Assembly (NCBI GenBank): GCA_965223845.1
Contig: CBDCXR010000004.1
Span: forward strand, 5,280,001 to 5,344,000
Direction of reading: 5' to 3'
Source: Planctomycetota bacterium
GTDB lineage: Bacteria; Planctomycetota; UBA8108; SXIK01
Length of the DNA stretch: 64,000 bases
The stretch's first letter is position 1; each line of letters begins with the position of its first letter. This document shows, one piece after another, positions 50,289-58,618 of the stretch. The notes beneath the pieces are model-generated. The model ran no database searches and had not been told where the DNA came from. It was given only the letters and a program-made list of their open reading frames with translations. Made by a program: the position numbers and the translations under genes.

Positions 50289-51062
50289 TCAACGATTGGG
50301 GCGTCCATCGCCTGCGGACTTGCCGTACACGCTCAAGTGCCCGTTGAGATCGCACAGCTCCGGTCGCAAGGCCAAGAATCGAAGGATGTCGTCCATTCCG
50401 AACTCGGGATTCTGCGGGTACAAATCGGAGAAGATCTCGTCCACGAACGCGAGGTCTTCGGGCGCGTCCACCGTCCAGCGCAGCGAGGCCAGATCTCGCC
50501 CCGAGACCACGCTCCCGCGACGGAATCGCTGCGCTTGTCGGTGAAAGAACGGCGTCACGTGCTCGCGCTCGTACCGGTCATCCGCCTCACGCCACGCGAT
50601 CTCGAGGGCTTCTCGGCGGACGACCTCGGTGTCGAGGCCGTCGGGATAGCTCCTCTCGATGGTGTTCGAGGTGTAGTCGTTTCGATCGCGAACGTGCTGC
50701 TCGACGATCGTATCGACGACCGCGGGATCGATGAGGGGACAGTCGGCGGTGATGCGCACGATCTCATCGACTTCGTAGGCCGCCGCGGCGCTCCGGTAGC
50801 GATCGAGCACGTCGGTGAGATCTCCGCGATAGAAGAGTGTTCCGCACTGGGCAGCGACTTGAGCTACGGCATCATCTCCGGCATCCGTGCTCGTCGCGAC
50901 GATGATCTCGTCGATCGAGCGGGCGCGGCGCACTCGTTCGATCAAGCGCTCGAGCATCGGCCGGCCGGCGATCGGTCGCAAAACCTTCCCCGGGAGCCGC
51001 GACGACCCGACGCGAGCCTGGATGATCGCCGCGATTCTCCCGCGCGCGGCGTCTGCGTTCAT
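50289..51062 (-). CDS. SpsF-like cytidylyltransferase
   Basis: AIIQARVGSSRLPGKVL, DVLDRY, VRITADCPLIDP, EREHVT, RWTVDAPED. Confidence 0.9.
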   Translation of the reverse strand: MNADAARGRIAAIIQARVGSSRLPGKVLRPIAGRPMLERLIERVRRARSIDEIIVATSTDAGDDAVAQVAAQCGTLFYRGDLTDVLDRYRSAAAAYEVDEIVRITADCPLIDPAVVDTIVEQHVRDRNDYTSNTIERSYPDGLDTEVVRREALEIAWREADDRYEREHVTPFFHRQAQRFRRGSVVSGRDLASLRWTVDAPEDLAFVDEIFSDLYPQNPEFGMDDILRFLALRPELCDLNGHLSVYGKSAGDGRPNR

Positions 51063-51093
51063 CGCGGGTTCCTTCGGATTCGCCGGGAGTGCA

Positions 51094-51810
51094 TCACCGA
51101 TTCCCCTCTGGAGCGAAGAACTTCGACCAGGATTTTTCGAGGAGGACATCCTGCCACCTCGACTCGAGAGCCGAAGCTCCGCGCTCCTTCACCCACGCAT
51201 CGTCGGCGTCGATCCAGACGCGACGCCACACGACCTCGTAGCTCCCGGCGCCGAGAAACATGCTCGCGTGCGTTCGAGCGGGCTTGTAGCAGTAGACGCG
51301 GTCGCCGGCGACGTGGCGATTGACGTTGCGGACGCTCTGCGGGGGAAGAAACTCGCGGATGAAGAGATGCCCCCCGTCGGCGAGCGCGCGGTCGATATTC
51401 GCGACGGACGCGAAAATCGTCTCGCGCGAAACCCAGCAAAACACGTCGTCGACGACCACGAGGTCGAAGAAGCCGCCAAACATCGCGTCGTCCCTCACGG
51501 GATTCTCCGCAATCGTCCCGCGGTGAAGCTCGATCGAATCTCCGTAGGCGTCACGGCCGAACTCGACGGCCTTCGCCGAAGGCTCGACGCCGACGCAGCG
51601 CTCCGCCCCCCGCGTCGCGTAGTAGTCGAGCAGGTCGCCGTAATTGCACCCGTACTCGAGCACGCGCCGCGGCTCGATTCCGCACGAGGCGACGGCTTCG
51701 ACGATCTCACGCTTCTTCCTCCGCAGACGATCGGTGGCCGCGTCGGCGTGGTTTCGCTCGAAGAACGCGTCCGCTTCGTGCTCGAGATACTCTTCGTCTT
51801 GAGTGGACAT
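51094..51810 (-). CDS. Class I SAM methyltransferase (nonulosonate-cluster type)
   Basis: EADAFFERN...VLEYGCNYG...GVEPSAKA...FCWVSRE. Confidence 0.8.
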   Translation of the reverse strand: MSTQDEEYLEHEADAFFERNHADAATDRLRRKKREIVEAVASCGIEPRRVLEYGCNYGDLLDYYATRGAERCVGVEPSAKAVEFGRDAYGDSIELHRGTIAENPVRDDAMFGGFFDLVVVDDVFCWVSRETIFASVANIDRALADGGHLFIREFLPPQSVRNVNRHVAGDRVYCYKPARTHASMFLGAGSYEVVWRRVWIDADDAWVKERGASALESRWQDVLLEKSWSKFFAPEGNR

Positions 51811-51832
51811 GCTTCTGCGTCTCGCGAAACGT

Positions 51833-53335
51833 TTACTCGACCTTTTTTCTCCGCGTCGACGAGAGAGTCGAGCTCGGCTCGCCGACGAACTCACCGGCCG
51901 CCGAGAGCGCGGAGTCGGCGAAGTGCGCGCGCTCTTCCCATGTGCCCCAAGCCGCCACCTCGTCCGCGACGAAAGACAAATACTGCGGAATGCGGGTGTT
52001 GATGTTCACGTTCGCGACCGACGGCAATACCGGAACGATGTTCGCCGACGGATGGAAATCGTCGAACCGGATGCGATCGAACGGTTTCCCCTCCACCCCG
52101 AAGTGGTTGAAGATGATCTGAAATGTTCTGAAGTCGAACGCGCGCAGCTCGTTTCCGTCCGCGACGATCCCGAGGCGGCGCAGGCTGTCGAGCCAGCCAT
52201 CGCGCCAGCTTCCTTCCGGCTCGATGGAAAACTCCGCGTCGGCTTTTGGATAGCAGAACTCGACTTGGACGAGGTTGTTCTCGCCGAACGAGATTCGGCC
52301 GGGAAACGACAGTCGATTGATGCGATGGGCCGGATCGCCGACGAGAATTTCCGTCGCGTCCGCGCGCACCTCGTCAGCAAACTCAAAGCTACCGAGAAGA
52401 AACTGATCGGGCTTCAGCTCCGGCGTCGGAAGATCGAGGATTCCCCGAAGAATCCCGATCGGCGCGCACCAGTAGTACCGCTCCGCGGTCACGAGGCGGC
52501 CGCGCGCGCGAACAACGCTCGCCGAGTGACTTCCCGGCGCGATCTCGAGAGCGAGGTCGTCCACTCCCGCAAGGACTTCGGTGCCGAGCTCGATCAGACG
52601 CGAGTGGAACGCGTTCGCAAACGCGCCGAATCCCCCGTCTTCCGGATAGAGGTACGCTTCGCCTCCGCTAGCGCGCATGGCATCGTGAAACGTGCGCGAG
52701 ATCTTCGACGACTCCGCGGCGTCCGCGGCCGTCGACGTCCTGCCTGATCGTTCGGCGCGCGGAAAGAACCACGGATAGAGTGCGCCGACGAGCCTCGACT
52801 CGTCGATGTCGAAGCGCGCGTGCCGCGCGTCGGACGGATAGGACGCGAGGACGTCGTCGAAGATGAGATCGACAAACGGACGACCGAAGCTCTCCGCGAG
52901 GTTGTCGCGAGTGAGCGGTCGATCCGCGACCTTGTCGACGAGTGGACTCGACGGAAGCAGCTCGCGCAGCGAGTCCGGCCACGCGTCGACGGGGGCGTCG
53001 TAGTCGACGATCTCCCCGCGAAGCACGATCTGCCGCTTTTTCTTTCCCCGGCGAACGCGGCCGCCGACGAGATCGGTGAAGAGCTTCGTCGTCAAAGGCG
53101 AGCGATCTGCGTCGAGAAGATGAAGGCCCGCGTCGAACTGTCTGCCGTTTTCGTTCTTGAACGATTGATCGCCGCCGCCGAGGAACGGCGAGCGTTCGAG
53201 AAGAAGAACTCGGAATCCCATACACGCGAACGTGTAGGCGACGAAGAGACCCGCTAGATTGCCTCCGATGATGACTGCATCGTAATCCTCGCGCTCTGGC
53301 TCGGAGAGTAACGACGGCCTCGCGATGCGATTCAT
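51833..53335 (-). CDS. FAD-dependent oxidoreductase (NAD(P)-binding, HemY/UGM-like)
   Basis: AVIIGGNLAG...LLERSPFLGG...FDAGLH...YLYPEDGGFG. Confidence 0.75.
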   Translation of the reverse strand: MNRIARPSLLSEPEREDYDAVIIGGNLAGLFVAYTFACMGFRVLLLERSPFLGGGDQSFKNENGRQFDAGLHLLDADRSPLTTKLFTDLVGGRVRRGKKKRQIVLRGEIVDYDAPVDAWPDSLRELLPSSPLVDKVADRPLTRDNLAESFGRPFVDLIFDDVLASYPSDARHARFDIDESRLVGALYPWFFPRAERSGRTSTAADAAESSKISRTFHDAMRASGGEAYLYPEDGGFGAFANAFHSRLIELGTEVLAGVDDLALEIAPGSHSASVVRARGRLVTAERYYWCAPIGILRGILDLPTPELKPDQFLLGSFEFADEVRADATEILVGDPAHRINRLSFPGRISFGENNLVQVEFCYPKADAEFSIEPEGSWRDGWLDSLRRLGIVADGNELRAFDFRTFQIIFNHFGVEGKPFDRIRFDDFHPSANIVPVLPSVANVNINTRIPQYLSFVADEVAAWGTWEERAHFADSALSAAGEFVGEPSSTLSSTRRKKVE

Positions 53336-53973
53336 TCCGCGCCCCGCACCTCCGTCCGCTTGCGAAGGATGCAGACGGTCGCTCGATCGGGACCGCCTTC
53401 ATAAGGGAAGACGTTTTCGTAAACGACGGAGTACGCTGGATGCCATGCGAACATCGCGGCGTAATTCATCTTGTAGCTCATCAGCCCCTCACGGTGGTGG
53501 TACGGGTTCGTGTGCGGTTTCTCCGCGTAGAAATCGTAGATGATGATCGCCCCGTCGACCTCGACCACTCGATCCGCCTCTCGCGCGATCGTGAAGAGGT
53601 CTTCACGATCACACAAGTAGAGACAGAACCCGAAGACGACGAGATCGAACTCGCAGGCACCGAACGGCAGCCGCTCTGCAGTCCCCGCGTGAAGCTCGAG
53701 CCGCGGATACGCCTTGCGCCCGGACCTCACCGCGAGCGACGACGGGTCGAGACCGACGCATCGATCAGGCGCGAGCCGCTGTCGAATCTCTTCGAGGCGC
53801 CAGCCGTTCGCGGCGCCGATCTCGAGGATTCGTCGCGGAGTCTGCCCCAACCGCTCGAGCGCCGACAACACCGGGTCGTCTTCTGCCCTTCGCTCGAGCT
53901 TGCTACAATCCGCCAGGTTTCTCAGAAAGTACTGGTCGCCTTCGGTCTCGGTGAAGGCTCGCTTCTGCTCCAT
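53332..53973 (-). CDS. Class I SAM methyltransferase (paralog of 51094-51810)
   Basis: EGDQYFLRN...ILEIGAANG...GLDPS...FGFCLYLCDREDL. Confidence 0.85.
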   Translation of the reverse strand: MEQKRAFTETEGDQYFLRNLADCSKLERRAEDDPVLSALERLGQTPRRILEIGAANGWRLEEIRQRLAPDRCVGLDPSSLAVRSGRKAYPRLELHAGTAERLPFGACEFDLVVFGFCLYLCDREDLFTIAREADRVVEVDGAIIIYDFYAEKPHTNPYHHREGLMSYKMNYAAMFAWHPAYSVVYENVFPYEGGPDRATVCILRKRTEVRGAE

Positions 53974-54023
53974 CCAATTACCCCGTAAATACTGGATGAA
54001 ACCCTACTCGAGGACGACCGAAT

Positions 54024-55244
54024 TTGCACGACGACACCGCCGGCGAAACGCCCGATCCCGATCGCGCCGCGACGTGCGCGGAGTCCTCGAGCGAGCCTTC
54101 GCCTTCGGCGTTCGTCGCAGCTTCGCCTCGGCATATTTTGATTTCGGCCGCACTCGCTTCGACCGCGGATTGCGGAGAGAACCACCTCTACTATCTTCAA
54201 TCGCTCTCGACGGAGTCCACGGAGCTCATCGCGGAAGCGGTGCGATCTTGGGAGGCCTCTCCGTTCGAGACGGTCACGGTTCTCCGGCACACACCTTCGG
54301 ATAGTCGTCTCCCGAGAACATTCCGGCGCCGCGAGAAGCGTGAATTCCGCGCCGAAAACCGCGCGCGACTCAAGAGCGATATCGCTCGACTTCGGCCCGC
54401 GCGCGTCTACGTCGGCACGGACAAACGCTTCGAGACGATGTTCGCGCTCTGGCGGGGGAAGCGCGAGAACGACGGCTGTGTCGGAATCTTCTTCGAAGAT
54501 GGCACCGGTGCCTACGCTCACACGGTGAGGACGACGGGATTCGTTCGCCGCTTCCTCTTCAATTGGCGGCGAAAGTGGAACTACGGCTGGTGGTGGGACA
54601 ACCACGTCGTCATGGGGAGCTCACGCTACGTCGACGAGGTCGTCGCAGCGCTGCCGGATCTCGTCGTGCCCGCGCTCAAGCGAAAACGGGTGCGTTCGCT
54701 CGACGTCGAGTACTTCCGGAGCGATGGTCCGCGACGTCTCGCCGCCCTTCTCGCCGGCGCTCTCGGACTCGCGGCGACCGATCTCAGCGCAGTCGAAATC
54801 GTGGTCGTCCTCACGACGTCACGCGTCGCGAGAACTCTTCCGCGTCACGCGGAGCTCGTCGAAGGCGTGCTTCGCGAGGCGAATGCGCGCGGCCTTTCCG
54901 TCGCGATCAAGGCGCACCCGCGGGAGCCGCGTCCCGAGTTCATGCCGAGTGCGTGGCTCGACTCCGCATTCGAGATTCCCGCCGCGATGCCGTTCGAGCT
55001 CCTCGCTCTTCTCCTCGGAACGGCCATCGTCGTCGGAGATGTTTCGACGAGTCTCTTTGCGGCGAAGTGGTTGCGACCATCACTCGACGTCGTCTCCCTT
55101 GCAGCAAGCGGGGATCACCGCGAACCGGGCGGTGCTCGAAACGCAAAGGATCCTCTGCACGGGCTCCTCCGCGCCGTCGGCGTCAGGATCGAGTCGGATC
55201 CGTCACGGGTCTTCGCTCGAAGCGAGGGTCGAGGAGTCCCCTGA
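54024..55244 (+). CDS. Bacterial (poly)sialyltransferase-like glycosyltransferase
   Basis: FFEDGTGAY (D/E-D/E-G) and IKAHPRE (HP) motifs, plus PFELL...DVSTSL. Start uncertain. Confidence 0.7.
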   Translation: MHDDTAGETPDPDRAATCAESSSEPSPSAFVAASPRHILISAALASTADCGENHLYYLQSLSTESTELIAEAVRSWEASPFETVTVLRHTPSDSRLPRTFRRREKREFRAENRARLKSDIARLRPARVYVGTDKRFETMFALWRGKRENDGCVGIFFEDGTGAYAHTVRTTGFVRRFLFNWRRKWNYGWWWDNHVVMGSSRYVDEVVAALPDLVVPALKRKRVRSLDVEYFRSDGPRRLAALLAGALGLAATDLSAVEIVVVLTTSRVARTLPRHAELVEGVLREANARGLSVAIKAHPREPRPEFMPSAWLDSAFEIPAAMPFELLALLLGTAIVVGDVSTSLFAAKWLRPSLDVVSLAASGDHREPGGARNAKDPLHGLLRAVGVRIESDPSRVFARSEGRGVP

Positions 55245-56048
55245 CGCGCCCGCCGACGATTCGCGGGCTCGAAACACCTCACGCATCGCGATCGACCCCG
55301 CAACCCCGGCGTTGAGAGACTCCACCTCGGGCGCGTGAGCGAGACGCCAGCGGATGTCGGCAGCGGCGGCGATCTCGTCGGCGAGTCCGGCGTGCTCGGA
55401 CCCGACCGCGAGCGCGATGCGCTCCTCGGCGACCGCGAGGGACTCGAGGGCCGATTCATCGCCGCTCGGCGAGGTCGCCACGATCGTCAACGACTCTCGA
55501 CGGAAACGATCGACTGCCTCCCGCGCGCTAGTCCTGGCGATGCGGAGTCCGAAGAGCGCCCCGGCCGTCGAGCGAACGACTTTCGGTGCGTAGGGATCGG
55601 CCGCGTCTCCGGTCAGGACGACGAGCGAAAAAGAGAACGCGAGCGCAGACCGAAGAAGAGTGCCGAGATTCCCAGGATCGGCGACTCCGTCGCAGATCAG
55701 AACGCGGCGATCGTCCGGACGGAGCTGAGCGTTCAGATCGGCGCGCGGGAGCTCGAACGTCGCGAGGATGCCCTGCGTCGTCTCGGCGTCGGCGGCGCTC
55801 GCGAGTTGCCAGTCTTCGAGCACGATCGGAGCAGCGCCACCTTCGGCGAGCCTCCGAACGAGCTCCGCTCCGCGTTCCGTTCTCGACGCAGCCGCAGAAT
55901 AGACGGCGCGAGGCACGACTCCGAACCGAACCGCTTCCTCGACCACGCGGACGCCTTCAGCGAGGAAGAGGCCCTGCTCTCGCCGACCCCTCTTCGTGCG
56001 AAGGTCTTTCAAATCCTTCAGTTGGCGGCGCGTGAGCGTCAACGGCAA
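55203..56048 (-). CDS. TrmH-family RNA methyltransferase
   Basis: FLAEG, DGVADPGNLGTLLRSA, VGSEHAGL, VESLNAGVAG. Confidence 0.9.
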   Translation of the reverse strand: MPLTLTRRQLKDLKDLRTKRGRREQGLFLAEGVRVVEEAVRFGVVPRAVYSAAASRTERGAELVRRLAEGGAAPIVLEDWQLASAADAETTQGILATFELPRADLNAQLRPDDRRVLICDGVADPGNLGTLLRSALAFSFSLVVLTGDAADPYAPKVVRSTAGALFGLRIARTSAREAVDRFRRESLTIVATSPSGDESALESLAVAEERIALAVGSEHAGLADEIAAAADIRWRLAHAPEVESLNAGVAGSIAMREVFRARESSAGASGDSSTLASSEDP

Positions 56049-56124
56049 TCCCGATTCTCGAGCCGAGGAAGAAACAAAGCGGACGCGTCAGAAAACTCGA
56101 GTTTGCACCCCCGATCAAGATGTG

Positions 56125-56970
56125 TCAGTTCGCGGCGGCGCGCACCTCCACCCTCACCGGCCAGTGATCCGACTCGCCAGCGCGAATCACTTCAGCCTTC
56201 GTGGGGGCGAGGTGGCGGGAACAGAAGACGTAATCGATCCGCGCTTGAAACCCGCTCGCGTCGCTTCCGTTCGCCCGCCAGGTGATCTCGGGCTTCGCAC
56301 CGGCGCGGTGGAGTGAGCGAAAGCAATCGGCAAATCCGAGCGCACCCGTGAGGTAGACGATCCCCGGCTCCGTTTCGAGGCTGTTGAAGTCGCCCGCGAC
56401 GATTGCCGGGGCTTCGGTGTCGAGCGACTTCGCGAAGTGACGCAGCTCCGCTGCGCGGAGAGCCGCCGTCTCGAGATAGGAGCGCGCGCGCTCGAGCGGA
56501 GTCCCTGAGAGCACACGCGGCGCGGGAAGATGCACGTTTAGGAACTGAATGGGACCGATCGGAGACCGAGCGAGAACCGATACGGCGTCGAGGGCTCGTT
56601 CGCTGGCCGAGGAGTGCGGGATCGAGCGCGCTTCGGCGAACTCGAACCGCGAGAGAATCGCGTAGCCGCCGCCTCGATCGGCGACGGCGCGGATCACGGC
56701 GAACGGGTAGTCGTTCTCGAGCCCCGCCCGAATCGCCGCTTCGTGCGCCGGCGCGACCTCCTGGAGACAAACGACGTCGGCGTCGGCCTCACGAATCACG
56801 CGGACGACGCCGGCCGAGTCGGCGTTTCGGTAGAGCACGTTCCAGGTGAGGATCGAGAGGGAATCGCGGGGAGGGGATTCGCAACCGCTCACGGCGAGAC
56901 TGAAGATGGCGAACGACGCGATCAGACTTCGGCGACCCACCGGCACGGATTCCGCTCTCGTCCGCCTCAC
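56125..56970 (-). CDS. Endonuclease/exonuclease/phosphatase family lipoprotein
   Basis: Lipobox LAVSGC; TWNV, CLQEV, AGDFN, RIDYVF, SDHWPV. Confidence 0.9.
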   Translation of the reverse strand: MRRTRAESVPVGRRSLIASFAIFSLAVSGCESPPRDSLSILTWNVLYRNADSAGVVRVIREADADVVCLQEVAPAHEAAIRAGLENDYPFAVIRAVADRGGGYAILSRFEFAEARSIPHSSASERALDAVSVLARSPIGPIQFLNVHLPAPRVLSGTPLERARSYLETAALRAAELRHFAKSLDTEAPAIVAGDFNSLETEPGIVYLTGALGFADCFRSLHRAGAKPEITWRANGSDASGFQARIDYVFCSRHLAPTKAEVIRAGESDHWPVRVEVRAAAN

Positions 56971-57180
56971 CTCCCCGCATCCTCCGCAGCGTCCAGCCGT
57001 TTTCCCCGCGCGATGCGATCATGGTAGCGCGAATGCGCGGCGCGCGACATCGAGATCGGTTCACCGCCGCCACGGATCTCGCGGGCTCGCGGCCTTTCGC
57101 ATTCGAGCACATCTCCGGATACACTGCCCAAAACTGCGAGAGGCAGAACTCTCGCCGAAATCGAATCAGAGAGGAGTGAC

Positions 57181-57789
57181 ATGGACACCTTCGAAGCGAT
57201 CTACGGCCGACGCGCGGTCAAACACTTCGATCCCGACCACAAGATGAGCGACGCGGAAATCGAGAAGCTTCTCGAAGCCGCGATTCAGTCGCCGACCTCG
57301 TTCAACATTCAGCATTGGCGCTTCGTCGTAGTGCGCGATCCCGATCTTCGGCAGCAGATTCGAGAGAACGGGAACGACCAAGCACAGATGACGGACGCAT
57401 CGCTCCTCATTCTCATGACGGGCGACGTGTTGGCATGGAAGAAGGACCCGCAGCGCTACTGGAGAAACGCTCCGCCGGAGGTCGCGGAATTGCTCGTCAA
57501 CTGGATGGGCCCGTTTCACGAAGGAAAGGACCAGCTTCAGCGCGACGAGGCCCAGCGCTCGATCGGCATGGCGATGCAAACCATCATGGTCGCGGCGAAG
57601 GCGATGGGGTACGAGTCCTGTCCGATGATCGGATTCGATCACGACGCCGTCGCGAAGCTCGTCCGGCTCCCCGATGACCACTGTATCGGGCCGATGATCG
57701 CTGTCGGAAAGGGCACGAAGGACGCGTGGCCGAAGCCCGGGCAGCTCGCGCTCAGCGAAGTCGTCGTGAACGACCGCTTTCCCGCCTGA
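57181..57789 (+). CDS. Nitroreductase family protein
   Basis: RRAVKHFD, SPTSFNIQHWRFVVV, SCPMIGFD. Confidence 0.93.
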   Translation: MDTFEAIYGRRAVKHFDPDHKMSDAEIEKLLEAAIQSPTSFNIQHWRFVVVRDPDLRQQIRENGNDQAQMTDASLLILMTGDVLAWKKDPQRYWRNAPPEVAELLVNWMGPFHEGKDQLQRDEAQRSIGMAMQTIMVAAKAMGYESCPMIGFDHDAVAKLVRLPDDHCIGPMIAVGKGTKDAWPKPGQLALSEVVVNDRFPA

Positions 57790-57820
57790 CCGCGATCGAG
57801 CATCCGCGGAAGCTAACGGC

Positions 57821-58369
57821 ATGAGCGACCTGGCGGCGTACCTCTACGAAATCGGCCAACTGAAGCGAGTCCCTCGCTCGGGTTGGACGCTCGTGGGTGT
57901 CGCCAGGCCGGAATGCGTTGCGGAGCACACGTTTCGAACGGCGGTGATCGCGTTCGTCCTCGCCGAACGCTCGGGAGCCGACCCGCACCGCGCGGCGTCG
58001 CTCGCGCTCTTTCACGACACAGCGGAAGCCCGCGTAGGCGACGCGCATCGCATCGCGAAGCGCTACGTCGACTGGTCGAAAATCCAAGAGCGGGCGGTCG
58101 GCGATCAGACCGCTTCACTCCCCGATGAGCTCGGTCGCACGATTCGCTCTCTCTGGGCCGAAGCGGATGCGGTGGAGAGCGCCGAGGCGCGGATCGTCCG
58201 CGACGCGGATCACCTCGAATGCCTTCTTCAGGCGAAGGAATACGCCGCGCGAGGATTCGAAACTGCCGAGTGGATCGAGAGCGCGGTGAATGCGCTCCTC
58301 ACCGACGAAGCGCGGGTGCTCGCCAAGGAGATCGTCGATACCCCTCCCGACGCGTGGCAGAGCGCGTGA
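57821..58369 (+). CDS. HD-domain hydrolase (YfbR/HDDC2-like)
   Basis: LKRVPRSGW...ECVAEH...FHDTAEARVGD...DADHLE. Confidence 0.9.
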   Translation: MSDLAAYLYEIGQLKRVPRSGWTLVGVARPECVAEHTFRTAVIAFVLAERSGADPHRAASLALFHDTAEARVGDAHRIAKRYVDWSKIQERAVGDQTASLPDELGRTIRSLWAEADAVESAEARIVRDADHLECLLQAKEYAARGFETAEWIESAVNALLTDEARVLAKEIVDTPPDAWQSA

Positions 58370-58618
58370 TTGCACGGGGAGGCGCGGCGACGCCGGTTGT
58401 TAGGTAAGGCGACTTGGGCCTTCGGTGGATGATGTCCGCGGGCGAAGCGGTGTGCATCCCCGCCGTGACCGGTCACGCTTGAAAACTCGATTCGTGTGAC
58501 CTACGGTTGCGATGCCCCTAGCATCCTCAGTCTCCGCGATCCGAGCCGAGTAAGCCCCTGCTTCAAGCGGCAGCTCGGCCGAGGTGCTCGATCTTTCTCA
58601 AGAAACGCGCAGTTCTAA

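Noticed and set aside
26677-56048. Three RNA methyltransferases (RlmN, RlmB-like, TrmH-like) in one window
   Set aside because: They are dispersed, unlinked housekeeping genes with no evidence of a shared system.
58370-58618. Palindrome GTGACCGGTCAC and a GCCGAG/CTCGGC hairpin upstream of the SBBP gene
   Set aside because: Single occurrences with no recognisable RNA family or second site to support them.
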